A DNA stretch of 17,439 nucleotides, from positions 1 through 17,439 of the forward strand of contig CBDHEC010000002.1 in the NCBI GenBank assembly GCA_965261975.1, given 5' to 3'. A program made the position numbers and the translations under genes. Below the pieces are notes generated by a model. That model saw only the letters and a program-made list of their open reading frames with translations, searched no databases and was not told where the DNA came from. The stretch comes from Alphaproteobacteria bacterium (GTDB taxonomy: Bacteria; Pseudomonadota; Alphaproteobacteria; UBA6615). Positions 7,739-16,766 of the stretch are shown here, piece after piece; the stretch's first letter is position 1, and each line of letters opens with the position of its first letter.

Positions 7739-7791
7739 CCTATTCGCCCATACGTTGCGCGATCCGCAGCGCAGATCGCCGCGAATTCAGG

Positions 7792-7824
7792 AGTTTAGGC
7801 AGGATGAAGGTAAAGGAAGGTTAA
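7792..7824 (-). promoter_or_regulatory. CtrA-box-like site with a downstream -10 element
   Basis: Minus strand TTAA-CCTTCCT-TTAC (7824-7810) matches TTAA-N7-TTAA with one mismatch. TAAACT (7797-7792) follows 12 nt later. Confidence 0.6.
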
Positions 7825-7830
7825 CGCCGA

Positions 7831-9123
7831 TCAATCGGCAAACGGGTCCCGCACCAGGATCGTGTCGAGCCGTTCCGGGCTGGTCGAGAGCAGCGCAACG
7901 GGGGCATCGATCAGTTCCTCGATACGGCGCACATATTTGATCGCCGTGGCAGGCAAATCGGCCCAGCTGCGCGCGCCCTGGGTGCTGGTCTGCCAGCCTT
8001 CCATCGTTTCATAGACCGGCGTGACGCTGGCCTGTTCACGAATCCCGGCCGGGAACCTCGGCACCTCGACACCATCGACGGTGTAGCCCACGCAAACCTT
8101 GAGTTCTTCGATGCCATCGAGGACATCAAGCTTCGTCAGGGCAATACCGCTGATTCCACCGACGCGAACCGCCTGACGAACCATCACCGCATCGAACCAG
8201 CCACAACGGCGGCGTCGGCCGGTCACGGTGCCGAACTCATGCCCGCGTTCGCCCAAGAGCTCACCGACTTGGTTCTCCTGCTCCGTCGGGAACGGGCCGC
8301 TGCCCACGCGCGTGGTATAGGCCTTGGTGATGCCAAGCACATATCCGATCGTGTTTGGCGCCACACCCGAACCCGCCGCGGCCTGCCCGGCCACCGTGTT
8401 GGACGAGGTCACAAATGGATAGGTGCCGTGGTCGACATCGAGCATCGCACCCTGGGCACCCTCGAAGAGAATTCGTTTTCCGGCCTTGCGCGCATCATCG
8501 AGGAAATCCCAGACCGGCGCGGCATAGGGCAACAATCGCTCGGTGATCTCGTCAATGCGTGCCATCAACTCGGCCTTGTCGACCTCTTCCGCGCCCAGTC
8601 CACGCAGCAGGGCATTGTGGTGGAACAGCAAATGGTCGACCCGCGTGTCGAGGGTCTCCCGGTCCGCCAGATCGCAAACCCGAATGGCGCGGCGGCCCAC
8701 CTTGTCTTCATAGGCCGGGCCGATACCGCGGCCGGTCGTGCCGATCTTGTCTGCACCGCGGGCCACCTCGATTGCCTGATCGAGATAGGGATGCAACGGC
8801 AGGATCAGGCTCGCATTGTCGGCAACCTTGAGGGTCTCGGGGGTCACCTCGACACCCATCTTGACGATCTCGTCGATTTCCCCGAGCAATGCCCAGGGGT
8901 CGACGACGACGCCGTTTCCGATGACCCCGATCTTGCCCGGGCGCACAACGCCGGAGGGTAACAGGCTGAGTTTGTAGACCTGACCGTCAATAACCAGCGT
9001 ATGCCCGGCGTTGTGCCCGCCCTGAAAACGAACCACGACATCGGCACGCTCCGACAGCCAGTCGACGATCTTGCCTTTGCCTTCATCGCCCCACTGGGAG
9101 CCAACCACCGCTACATTCGCCAT
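7831..9123 (-). CDS. purA: Adenylosuccinate synthetase
   Basis: [73 protein letters not shown] and LTKLDVLD. Confidence 0.99.
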   Translation of the reverse strand: MANVAVVGSQWGDEGKGKIVDWLSERADVVVRFQGGHNAGHTLVIDGQVYKLSLLPSGVVRPGKIGVIGNGVVVDPWALLGEIDEIVKMGVEVTPETLKVADNASLILPLHPYLDQAIEVARGADKIGTTGRGIGPAYEDKVGRRAIRVCDLADRETLDTRVDHLLFHHNALLRGLGAEEVDKAELMARIDEITERLLPYAAPVWDFLDDARKAGKRILFEGAQGAMLDVDHGTYPFVTSSNTVAGQAAAGSGVAPNTIGYVLGITKAYTTRVGSGPFPTEQENQVGELLGERGHEFGTVTGRRRRCGWFDAVMVRQAVRVGGISGIALTKLDVLDGIEELKVCVGYTVDGVEVPRFPAGIREQASVTPVYETMEGWQTSTQGARSWADLPATAIKYVRRIEELIDAPVALLSTSPERLDTILVRDPFAD

Positions 9124-9135
9124 AGATTCAATCCG

Positions 9136-10320
9136 CTAAGTATTGCTGCCGTCGGCTTTCGCCGGCGCGCCATCCACCAGGAGATGGCTACATCCCAATC
9201 GTCTCGCCTCGGCCCCCGCATCATCTTCCAACGTCATTCCTGCGACGGTAATCCATCCCGCCTCGCGGTACGTCACACCCGTCTGAAATGGCGTGCCATA
9301 GGGCAGGTAAAGCCGGTCACCGACGGCGGTCGCGGGCAATGCGCGAAGGATCGAGTCCATATAGAGCGACGCTCCCGTCGCGGCCTCACCGGCACCGGTG
9401 ATATAGCGGCCGCCACGCCCCAGCTCACCCCGCACGCCCTCGGCGAATAATGTGAAGCTCACGCCGGTATGATACTCGAACCCGCGATACTCGACAGGAT
9501 CGAGGGTCAGCGGCAGGTCCGGCATCGAGGCGTGAAGACCGGCGACCACGGCCGCCAGGCGTTCGACTTCGGCCTGCGCACCCGCCGGCAGCGATAATTC
9601 CTGTAACTCGCCGATGACTTCGTCGGCCGGGCCGACGGTTTCAATCAGGGCACACAAGGCCTTCGCCGCATCCGAAAACGCAATCCCGTTGCCCCGCAGG
9701 ATTTCACCGGTCGCGTCTTCGTCCTTGCGATCGAGCGCGGCGCGAAGATCGTTGGTCGTCACCTCGTCGAGGTCGATCTGTTCGAGAATATTCGCGACCA
9801 GCGCCGGCGAGTTGAGATCAACCGTCGGTCGCGGCACACCCGCCGCCACAAGCGCCGCCGCCGCCAGCGATATCACCTCAACGTCGGCGCTTACATCCTC
9901 GGCCCCGATCAACTCGAGCCCGACCTGGGCAAATTGCCGCTCGGGGCGCAGCTGGTTACCACGCACGCGCAATATCTGCCCGGCATATGACAGGCGCAAC
10001 GGCCGCGGCGCGTCGTGCAGTCTGGCTTCGGCGATACGCGCGACCTGCAGCGTGATATCCGCCCGCACTGCCATCATGCGCTGGCTGACGGGATCCATCA
10101 CCCGGAACATCTGCCCGGCGAGGCTGCCGCCGCCGTTTGTGCCATTCCCCACGAGCGTCGATTCGAACTCGACCAGGGGTGGTTTGACCTGCTCGTAGCC
10201 GCAGGCGCGGAACCCGTCCATGATCCCGGAAATGGTCGCAGCTTCCTGCGCCGCACGCGGCGGCAACAGGTCATGGAGACCCGCCGGCAGCAATGCTTTG
10301 TTTTCACCTGAATCAGTCAT
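9136..10320 (-). CDS. hisZ: ATP phosphoribosyltransferase regulatory subunit HisZ
   Basis: HisRS-like paralog: LLPAGLHDLLP, RADITLQVARIA, PLRLSYAGQILR, RQFAQVGLELIG, YRGFEYHTG and GRGGRY. It has no full HisRS anticodon-binding domain and sits next to purA. Confidence 0.92.
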   Translation of the reverse strand: MTDSGENKALLPAGLHDLLPPRAAQEAATISGIMDGFRACGYEQVKPPLVEFESTLVGNGTNGGGSLAGQMFRVMDPVSQRMMAVRADITLQVARIAEARLHDAPRPLRLSYAGQILRVRGNQLRPERQFAQVGLELIGAEDVSADVEVISLAAAALVAAGVPRPTVDLNSPALVANILEQIDLDEVTTNDLRAALDRKDEDATGEILRGNGIAFSDAAKALCALIETVGPADEVIGELQELSLPAGAQAEVERLAAVVAGLHASMPDLPLTLDPVEYRGFEYHTGVSFTLFAEGVRGELGRGGRYITGAGEAATGASLYMDSILRALPATAVGDRLYLPYGTPFQTGVTYREAGWITVAGMTLEDDAGAEARRLGCSHLLVDGAPAKADGSNT

Positions 10321-10329
10321 GACGCGCGG

Positions 10330-10358
10330 GGTTTAAACGGTTTGGCATGTGTCGGCAA
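10330..10358 (-). promoter_or_regulatory. Putative internal sigma70 promoter for hisZ-purA
   Basis: TTGCCG (10358-10353), 17-nt spacer, TAAACC (10335-10330), 9 nt before the hisZ ATG. Confidence 0.45.
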
Positions 10359-10392
10359 TGGTAAGTCAGGGCCGACCAGACCCTTCCTTGTA

Positions 10393-11439
10393 TCATTTGC
10401 CGGGAGTCGGCCTTGCCGCCACGATTGTACCATCGGCCAGGCCGTAAACCGCATAGACGGTTCCACTGCGATCCAGCCTGGCGGGCCGTACGGCGGTAAC
10501 GATCTTCCGGTCATGGGCGACCGCGTCGAAATCGCGAAAACGCCCCTCGGCGAAGGTCACGAAGCGCAGCGCATTGCGCCGCGCATCGGGAACGGCAATA
10601 TCGGCCACGCCGTCACCGGTCCCGGCCGCCTGCGCCTGCTCCCGGCTGCCGATGGCGTGGTTGGAGAACCCTCGCGCGGCGTGGTCCTGGTGCAGCTTGC
10701 GGTCCCGAAACTCATACAGGCGGAGCGTGCCGCCGATGTGCGGGGTCTCGACGAAAGCGACTTCGGTTCGGCCGTCACCGTCGAAATCCGCGGCGCCCAC
10801 CGGATTGAGCCAGCGGTTCGCGCGACCGATCGCCGGCACTTCGGACAGGAAGACCACCCCGGATTCATCGAGGCCGAACACGGCGAGTGCCGCACCGGCA
10901 TCCAGATAGGACTGAACCACGATCGCCTCATCGCGCCCGTCACCGTCAAGATCGATCAGCCGAACCCGGCGATCCTCAAAAACGGAACCCGCGTCCAGCT
11001 TGTAGCGTGCAATCCGGCCATCCGGGCGTTGCAACGCAAGACCACCCGCCTCGATCCCATCCCCCAAAACGCCATGGCGATAGCGGTCTGTCGGATCGGT
11101 CAGCCACGCGCGGGCGATCCCGCCGGTACCATAGGTGATTTCCCCGTCCGGCAGCATGTCGTCGGGCCGGGGCGCCAGCGAGGTGGTTGTCGGTATCGAA
11201 ATGTCCGGGATGGCAAGCTTGCCGCGCTCAACGATCAGCCTGCGAACTCGGCCATCCGCCGAGCGCACACCGACCTGCGACGGCGCATGAGAAATGCCGC
11301 CCTCGACACCCGGACCGATGCGGACAATTTCCATGCTGCCGGCCGTCTCCGGCAACCGGAGAACGTCTGCTGCGGATGCCGCACCGGCGACAGCGACCGT
11401 CATAGCCACCACGAGGCATGTGGCAGCCCGAAACTGCAT
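10393..11439 (-). CDS. Secreted FG-GAP/VCBS-repeat protein, 348 aa
   Basis: Signal peptide (MQFRAATCLVVAMTVAVAGAASA-AD) and DxDxDG motifs DLDGDGRDE and DFDGDGRTE, plus a degenerate TGDGVAD. The start overlaps the serA stop (TGATG). Confidence 0.8.
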   Translation of the reverse strand: MQFRAATCLVVAMTVAVAGAASAADVLRLPETAGSMEIVRIGPGVEGGISHAPSQVGVRSADGRVRRLIVERGKLAIPDISIPTTTSLAPRPDDMLPDGEITYGTGGIARAWLTDPTDRYRHGVLGDGIEAGGLALQRPDGRIARYKLDAGSVFEDRRVRLIDLDGDGRDEAIVVQSYLDAGAALAVFGLDESGVVFLSEVPAIGRANRWLNPVGAADFDGDGRTEVAFVETPHIGGTLRLYEFRDRKLHQDHAARGFSNHAIGSREQAQAAGTGDGVADIAVPDARRNALRFVTFAEGRFRDFDAVAHDRKIVTAVRPARLDRSGTVYAVYGLADGTIVAARPTPGK

Positions 11440-13016
11440 CAGAAGTTAAGCGCCTTCGCCTGCACCACGTTCGGCAGCGCGGCGACCGCGGCCAGCACAT
11501 CGGCCGGGACCTCGTGATCCACTTCGACAAGTGCGATCGCATCATCGCCCGCCGCGGTGCGGCCAAGCTGGAACGTGGCAATATTCAAGCCGGCGTCGCC
11601 CAACACCGTGCCGAGATGGCCGATCAGGCCCGGCTTGTCCTCGTTGTTGACGTAGAGCATGTGGCTGCCGAGCTCGGCTTCCATGGGCACCCCCTTCACG
11701 TCGACCACCCGCGGCCGGTCGCCGCCGAACAAGGTCCCGGCGATGGAGCGGGTATGGTTCTCGGTAACGACGGTCAGGCGCACCAGCGTCTGATAGTCAC
11801 TTTCACGCGCCGTGCGCACCTCCGACACGTCGATCCCGCGCTCCTGGGCCATGACGGGCGCGTTGACCATGTTCACACTATCGAGCACCGGCGAGAGCAA
11901 TCCCTTCAGCGCCGCGGCACTGAGCGGCTTGGTATTCAATTCTGCCGCATGTCCCTCATACTCGATGGTCACACTTTTGAGACTGGATTCGACGAGTTGT
12001 CCCGCGAAGCTGCCGAGCAGCTCCGCGAGCTTCATATAGGGCATCAGGCGCGGCGCATCCTCGGCCGAGACCGACGGCATGTTCAACGCGTTCACGACCG
12101 CGCCGGTCAGCAGATAATCGGCCATCTGCTCGGCAACCTGGATCGCGACATTGACCTGCGCCTCGGTCGTGCTTGCACCCAGATGCGGGGTGCAGACGAG
12201 ATTCTCGGTCCCGAACAGCGCATTGTCCTTGGCCGGCTCTTCCTCGAAAACATCGAGGGCGGCGCCGGCGACATGGCCCGATTCGAGCGCGGCCTTGAGA
12301 TCCGCCTCGACGACGAGGCCGCCACGCGCGCAATTGACGATGCGCACGCCCGGCTTGGTCTTTGCCAGCGCCTCGGCATCCAAAATACCCCGGGTCTGGT
12401 CCGTCAACGGGGTGTGCAGGGTGATGAAGTCCGCACGCCGGAGGAGCGTGTCCAACTCCGCCTTCTCGACCCCCAGCTCGCGTGCGCGCTCGTCGCTGAG
12501 GAACGGATCAAAGGCAACGACCTTCATCTTCAGACCCAGCGCGCGCTCCGCCACGATCGAGCCGATGTTCCCGCATCCGATCAAGCCCAGGGTCTTGGCG
12601 GTCAGCTCCACCCCCATAAAGCGTGACTTTTCCCATTTGCCTTCCTGGGTGGATATGTTGGCCTCGGGAATCTGCCGCGCCAGCGCCATCATCATCGCGA
12701 TGGCATGTTCGGCAGTCGTGATCGCATTGCCGAACGGCGTGTTCATGACGACGATGCCTCGCGCAGTCGCGGCACCCCGGTCGACATTGTCGACGCCGAT
12801 ACCCGCACGGCCGATGACCTTCATATTGGTCGCGGCCTCGAGGACCGTTGCCGTCGCCTTTGTCGCCGACCGGATTGCCAGGCCGTCATAATCACCAATA
12901 ACGGCAATCAGCTCTTCTTCGGATAGGCCGGTCTTCACATCGACCTCGATACCGCGCTCAACGAAAATTTCTTTCGCGCGTTCACTCATTTTGTCGGAAA
13001 TCAGTACTTTTGGCAT
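11439..13016 (-). CDS. serA: D-3-phosphoglycerate dehydrogenase (long type I, with ASB and ACT domains)
   Basis: IGRAGIGVDNVD, NTPFGNAITTAEH, Rossmann GLIGCGNIG, NCARGG, TPHLGAST and ACT domain NEDKPGLIG. GGAAGGA SD precedes the ATG at 13016. Confidence 0.98.
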   Translation of the reverse strand: MPKVLISDKMSERAKEIFVERGIEVDVKTGLSEEELIAVIGDYDGLAIRSATKATATVLEAATNMKVIGRAGIGVDNVDRGAATARGIVVMNTPFGNAITTAEHAIAMMMALARQIPEANISTQEGKWEKSRFMGVELTAKTLGLIGCGNIGSIVAERALGLKMKVVAFDPFLSDERARELGVEKAELDTLLRRADFITLHTPLTDQTRGILDAEALAKTKPGVRIVNCARGGLVVEADLKAALESGHVAGAALDVFEEEPAKDNALFGTENLVCTPHLGASTTEAQVNVAIQVAEQMADYLLTGAVVNALNMPSVSAEDAPRLMPYMKLAELLGSFAGQLVESSLKSVTIEYEGHAAELNTKPLSAAALKGLLSPVLDSVNMVNAPVMAQERGIDVSEVRTARESDYQTLVRLTVVTENHTRSIAGTLFGGDRPRVVDVKGVPMEAELGSHMLYVNNEDKPGLIGHLGTVLGDAGLNIATFQLGRTAAGDDAIALVEVDHEVPADVLAAVAALPNVVQAKALNF

Positions 13017-13078
13017 GGGGTCATCCTTCCGCAGCAATGCGGGTATGGGCGTATTTTTGGAAGAGTGGTCGTCGCCGG

Positions 13079-14254
13079 TCAGGCGGCGGCGCGTTCGGCC
13101 TTCACCGTCTCGAAGGCCCAGTCGAGCCAGGGCATCAGGGCCGCGAGGTCGGATTTCTCGACCGTCGCACCGGCCCAGATCCGCAGGCCCGGCGGGGCGT
13201 CACGATAGGCACCGACATCGAAGGCAACACCCTCGCTGTCGAGCAGCGTTGCGACTGCCTTCGCGGTGGCGGCCTGCTCGTCGTCCGGAAGTGCGGCGAA
13301 CCAGGCATCCACGACCTTGAGACACACGCTCGTCGTCGAGCGGAGCGCCGGGTCGTCAGCGAGAAAGGCCGCCCAGTTCGACTGGGCCACCCAGGCATCG
13401 ATCACGCCGAAATTCTCGTTCGAGCGACCAATCAATGCATCGATGCCACCGATCTCCTGCGACCAGTCGAGAGCGTCGAGATGATCCTCGACGCAAATCA
13501 TCGACGGCGTGTTGATCGTGCTGCCCTTGAAGATATCCTCGTTGAGCTTCCCGCCCTTGGTGAGGCGGAAAATCTTCGGCATCGGCCATGGTGGCGCATA
13601 GCTTTCAAGGCGCTCGACCGCGCGCGGGCTCAGCACCAGCATCCCGTGCTGGGCTTCACCACCCAGAACCTTCTGCCAGGACCAGGTGACGATATCGAGC
13701 TTGTCCCAGGGCAGATCCATGGCGAAAGCCGCTGATGTCGCGTCGCACAGGGTCAGGCCCGCACGGTCGTCGGGAATCCAGTCGCCGTCCGGCACACGAA
13801 CACCCGATGTCGTGCCGTTCCAGGTGAAGATCACATCGCGCGCGAAATCGACCGCCTCGAGATCCGGCAACGCACCATAGTCGGCGTCGAGGATGCGAAC
13901 ATCGTCGAGCTTCAGCTGCTTGACGACGTCCGTCGCCCAGCCCTGGCCGAAGCTTTCCCAGGCCAGGATGTCGATCGGACGGGCGCCGAGGACCGACCAC
14001 ATGGCCATCTCGAAGGCGCCGGTGTCCGAGGCGGGCACGATGCCAATCCGGTAATCCTCGGGGATTCCCAGGATCGAGCGGCTGTCCTCGATAACACGCT
14101 GGAGTTTGGCCTTGGGACCCTTTGCGCGATGCGATCGGCCGATGCTGGCATCGGTCAGGGCATCCAGCGACCATCCGGGTCGCTTGGCGCAGGGGCCAGA
14201 GGAAAAGAGGGGTGAGGCCGGACGGGTGCCCGGCTTGGTCATTGCTTGCGTCAT
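13079..14254 (-). CDS. serC: Phosphoserine aminotransferase (alphaproteobacterial/Methanosarcina type)
   Basis: [57 protein letters not shown] (PLP lysine) and [21 protein letters not shown] precedes the ATG at 14254. Confidence 0.97.
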   Translation of the reverse strand: MTQAMTKPGTRPASPLFSSGPCAKRPGWSLDALTDASIGRSHRAKGPKAKLQRVIEDSRSILGIPEDYRIGIVPASDTGAFEMAMWSVLGARPIDILAWESFGQGWATDVVKQLKLDDVRILDADYGALPDLEAVDFARDVIFTWNGTTSGVRVPDGDWIPDDRAGLTLCDATSAAFAMDLPWDKLDIVTWSWQKVLGGEAQHGMLVLSPRAVERLESYAPPWPMPKIFRLTKGGKLNEDIFKGSTINTPSMICVEDHLDALDWSQEIGGIDALIGRSNENFGVIDAWVAQSNWAAFLADDPALRSTTSVCLKVVDAWFAALPDDEQAATAKAVATLLDSEGVAFDVGAYRDAPPGLRIWAGATVEKSDLAALMPWLDWAFETVKAERAAA

Positions 14255-14261
14255 GTACGCG

Positions 14262-14308
14262 CTCCTTGCAGAACGCCGCACCTCGTTGGGGAGGTGTGGC
14301 CCGCGGCA
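14262..14308 (-). ncRNA. serC leader RNA motif (cis-regulatory element)
   Basis: Minus strand GCCGCGGGCCA-CACCTC-CCCAAC-GAGGTG-CGGCGTTCTGCAAGGAG: a hairpin with a CCCAAC loop, an upstream GGG and the SD just downstream. It matches my recollection of the alphaproteobacterial serC motif and sits in the expected position. Confidence 0.8.
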
Positions 14309-14309
14309 G

Positions 14310-14337
14310 AAACTAGTTGTATTTCGCTTGGGGTCAA
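14310..14337 (-). promoter_or_regulatory. Putative sigma70 promoter of the serC-serA operon
   Basis: TTGACC (14337-14332), 16-nt spacer, TAGTTT (14315-14310), directly upstream of the serC RNA motif. Confidence 0.5.
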
Positions 14338-14378
14338 GCGCTGCTTTGTCGCAGCACCTATGCAGACGCGGTCGAGAC

Positions 14379-16253
14379 TCAGATAAGGCCGTAATACCAC
14401 GGTGCGACCAGGCTGAAGATCAGCCAGACAATGATCAACAACGGGGTGCCCACGCGCACAAAATCGACGAATCGGTAGTTGCCAGGCGCCATCACCAGAA
14501 GATTCGTCTGATATCCCACCGGAGAGGCAAAGGAACAGTTCGCCGCAAAGACAACGGCCACCGCAAAGGGCTCTATGGGCAATGCCAGGCCATTCGCCAG
14601 GCCAACGGCAATCGGCGTGAAAAGCACGGCGGTCGCCTTGGTGCTGATAATATTGGCCAACACCGCCACCAGCAGGAAGAACGCGGAGAGTATCACGGCC
14701 GGCGATGCATCGCCGACCACGCTGAGCAATAGCCCTGCGAGAAACTCCGCCCCGCCGGTGGCCTGCAGCGCACTGCCGAGTGCCAGCGCCGCGGCAATCA
14801 TCATCACGATCGTTCGGTCAATGGCGCGTGCGGCCTGGCGGATATTCAATACGCCGGTCGCAAGCATGGCCCCGGCCCCGACCAGCGTCGCGATCTCGAT
14901 GGGAACGATACCCAACGCCGCCGAGGCGATCACGGCGGCGAATATGATCAGGGTGCTGGTGGCATGGTGGACGGCCGGCATCTCCGCTGCGGTCCACTCG
15001 ACCAGCAGGATGTCCTGATTGCCGCGCAGGGATTCAACGTCAACCTCGCGCCCCTGTACCAGCAGGACATCGCCCGGCTCGAGCCGAATTTCCGTCACCC
15101 GCGCCCGGATCATCTGCGAGCGGCGCTGAATACCCAGCACCACACAATGGTACTGGTAGCGAAACCCGATCTGAGTCAGCGTCTGGCCAACAAGGCGCGA
15201 GGCGGGCGTCACCATCGCCTCGGCAAGAACCTGGTTACCCACCTGCCAGCGCTGCGCACCGTCCTCGCCCTCAAAACGCTCCCAGTCCTGCCCCAGTTCA
15301 GGGTGAAATTGTTCCGGTTCACCCTTGAGCGCCTCGGTCAATGCTGCGCGGGTCGCGGCGACCACCAGGATATCGCCCTCAGAAAGCCGAAACGCATCAT
15401 CGAATGGCGGCATGAAGGATTCACCCTCATGGATGATCACGCGGACCGTCATGTCCTTGAGGTCGGGGAAGAAACCGCCGCGCGGCTGCATGCCGTGAAA
15501 TTTGGAACCTTCGGTCACCGCGACCTCGGCCATGAACTGGCGCCCGCCGCCGGCGATCGCATTGGTCAGCAGCGCGCGCTCGGGCAGCAGCCGCGGGCAC
15601 AAGAAGATGACATAGACGACGCCAACCAGGGCCAGGGCGGCCCCGGGTATCGCAAACTGGAAGAACGAGAAGCCTTCGTTGCCCAGCTCGATCAGCATGC
15701 CGGACACGAGCAGGTTCGTGCTGGAACCGATCAGGGTGACCATGCCGCCGAGGATCGCGGCGAACGACAGCGGCATCATCAGCCGCGAGGGTGACTGGCC
15801 CAAACGCGAGGCCAGCGCCTGCATGATCGGTATGAAGATCACCACCACGGGTGTGTTGTTCATGAACCCGCTGACGACCAGTACGGCCACGAAGGCAAGC
15901 CCGGTCGCCAGCGCGGCATGGCCGCGCCCGTAACGAAAGAACATCTGCGCGCCGGCCTCGAGCACACCCGTGCGGGCCAGCCCCTCACCCATCACCAGCA
16001 AGGCCACGACCGTCAGCAATGCGGGATTTGCAAAACCGGCCAGAAGCCGTGTCGGGTTGAGGATGTTGTCACCATCCGCATCCACGACGGGAACGAAGTG
16101 GAAGAAGACCAGCAGCACACAGATCACCCCGAGCGAGGTGAGCTCAAACGTCAGCCGCTCGAGGGTGTACATGACCAGCGCCACGATGATCACGGCGAAG
16201 GTCAGCCACATTCCGAGCTGGCTCGGGTCCATTTCGGCGATAAAACTGATCAT
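14379..16253 (-). CDS. SLC13/DASS-family permease with two central TrkA-C domains
   Basis: N- and C-terminal TM blocks with [26 protein letters not shown] and [14 protein letters not shown]. The soluble middle has two TrkA-C-like repeats ([12 protein letters not shown]...GDILVV; [12 protein letters not shown]...GDVLLV). GGAG SD is present. Confidence 0.92.
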   Translation of the reverse strand: MISFIAEMDPSQLGMWLTFAVIIVALVMYTLERLTFELTSLGVICVLLVFFHFVPVVDADGDNILNPTRLLAGFANPALLTVVALLVMGEGLARTGVLEAGAQMFFRYGRGHAALATGLAFVAVLVVSGFMNNTPVVVIFIPIMQALASRLGQSPSRLMMPLSFAAILGGMVTLIGSSTNLLVSGMLIELGNEGFSFFQFAIPGAALALVGVVYVIFLCPRLLPERALLTNAIAGGGRQFMAEVAVTEGSKFHGMQPRGGFFPDLKDMTVRVIIHEGESFMPPFDDAFRLSEGDILVVAATRAALTEALKGEPEQFHPELGQDWERFEGEDGAQRWQVGNQVLAEAMVTPASRLVGQTLTQIGFRYQYHCVVLGIQRRSQMIRARVTEIRLEPGDVLLVQGREVDVESLRGNQDILLVEWTAAEMPAVHHATSTLIIFAAVIASAALGIVPIEIATLVGAGAMLATGVLNIRQAARAIDRTIVMMIAAALALGSALQATGGAEFLAGLLLSVVGDASPAVILSAFFLLVAVLANIISTKATAVLFTPIAVGLANGLALPIEPFAVAVVFAANCSFASPVGYQTNLLVMAPGNYRFVDFVRVGTPLLIIVWLIFSLVAPWYYGLI

Positions 16254-16307
16254 CCTGCTCCGGGCGGCATTGGGGCTCTCTCGGGCCTCAGTCTACCACG
16301 CGCGCAA

Positions 16308-16766
16308 TCAAGCTGCGTTTTCGCCCGCCCGACTGCGTACAAAGATCGTGGCCTCAAAGGTCAGGACGGGGCCAGCCTCTGTCTCGACGACGAACCCGAG
16401 CGTGACAACGCCGCGCCCGGGATCAGAGCGTGTGGCGCGCGCCTGCAGCACCTCGACACGGGTCGACAATGTTTCTCCCGGCCGTACGGGCGCCGTCCAG
16501 CGGATCTTGTCCATGCCCGGGCCGCCCAGACCGGTGCCGTCTACCGCGCCGGTCCGGATGAACTGGCCCGTCGCGATGGCAACGGTCTGAAAGCCGCTGG
16601 CGACATGTTCACCGAAGGCCGTGTCCTTTGCGCCCTCCGGGTCGGTGTGGAAAACCTGAGGGTCGTGCAGCTCGGCAAACCAGATGATTTCGTCCGCCTC
16701 AAGCGTCACGGGGGCGGTCTCGATGACCCGGCCAACCGTATAGTCTTCCAGGAAGAATCCGCTCAT
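16308..16766 (-). CDS. MaoC-family (hotdog-fold) dehydratase, copy 2
   Basis: LEDYTVG, hydratase motif DPQVFHTD, ASG and WTAPVRPGETL. The start overlaps the stop of copy 1 (ATGA). Confidence 0.9.
   Translation of the reverse strand: MSGFFLEDYTVGRVIETAPVTLEADEIIWFAELHDPQVFHTDPEGAKDTAFGEHVASGFQTVAIATGQFIRTGAVDGTGLGGPGMDKIRWTAPVRPGETLSTRVEVLQARATRSDPGRGVVTLGFVVETEAGPVLTFEATIFVRSRAGENAA

Noticed and set aside
6218-7798. 526-aa antisense ORF over the pseudokinase
   Set aside because: No recognisable motifs and an Arg/His/Gln-rich composition. This is a typical shadow ORF produced by GC-rich codon bias on the coding strand.
9136-10320. hisZ without an adjacent hisG, and serC-serA without serB
   Set aside because: hisZ-purA linkage and an unlinked serB are common arrangements in proteobacteria.
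10342-12626. Long + strand ORFs (391 aa and 402 aa) opposite the FG-GAP gene and serA
   Set aside because: They lie antisense to well-supported genes and show no domain signal.
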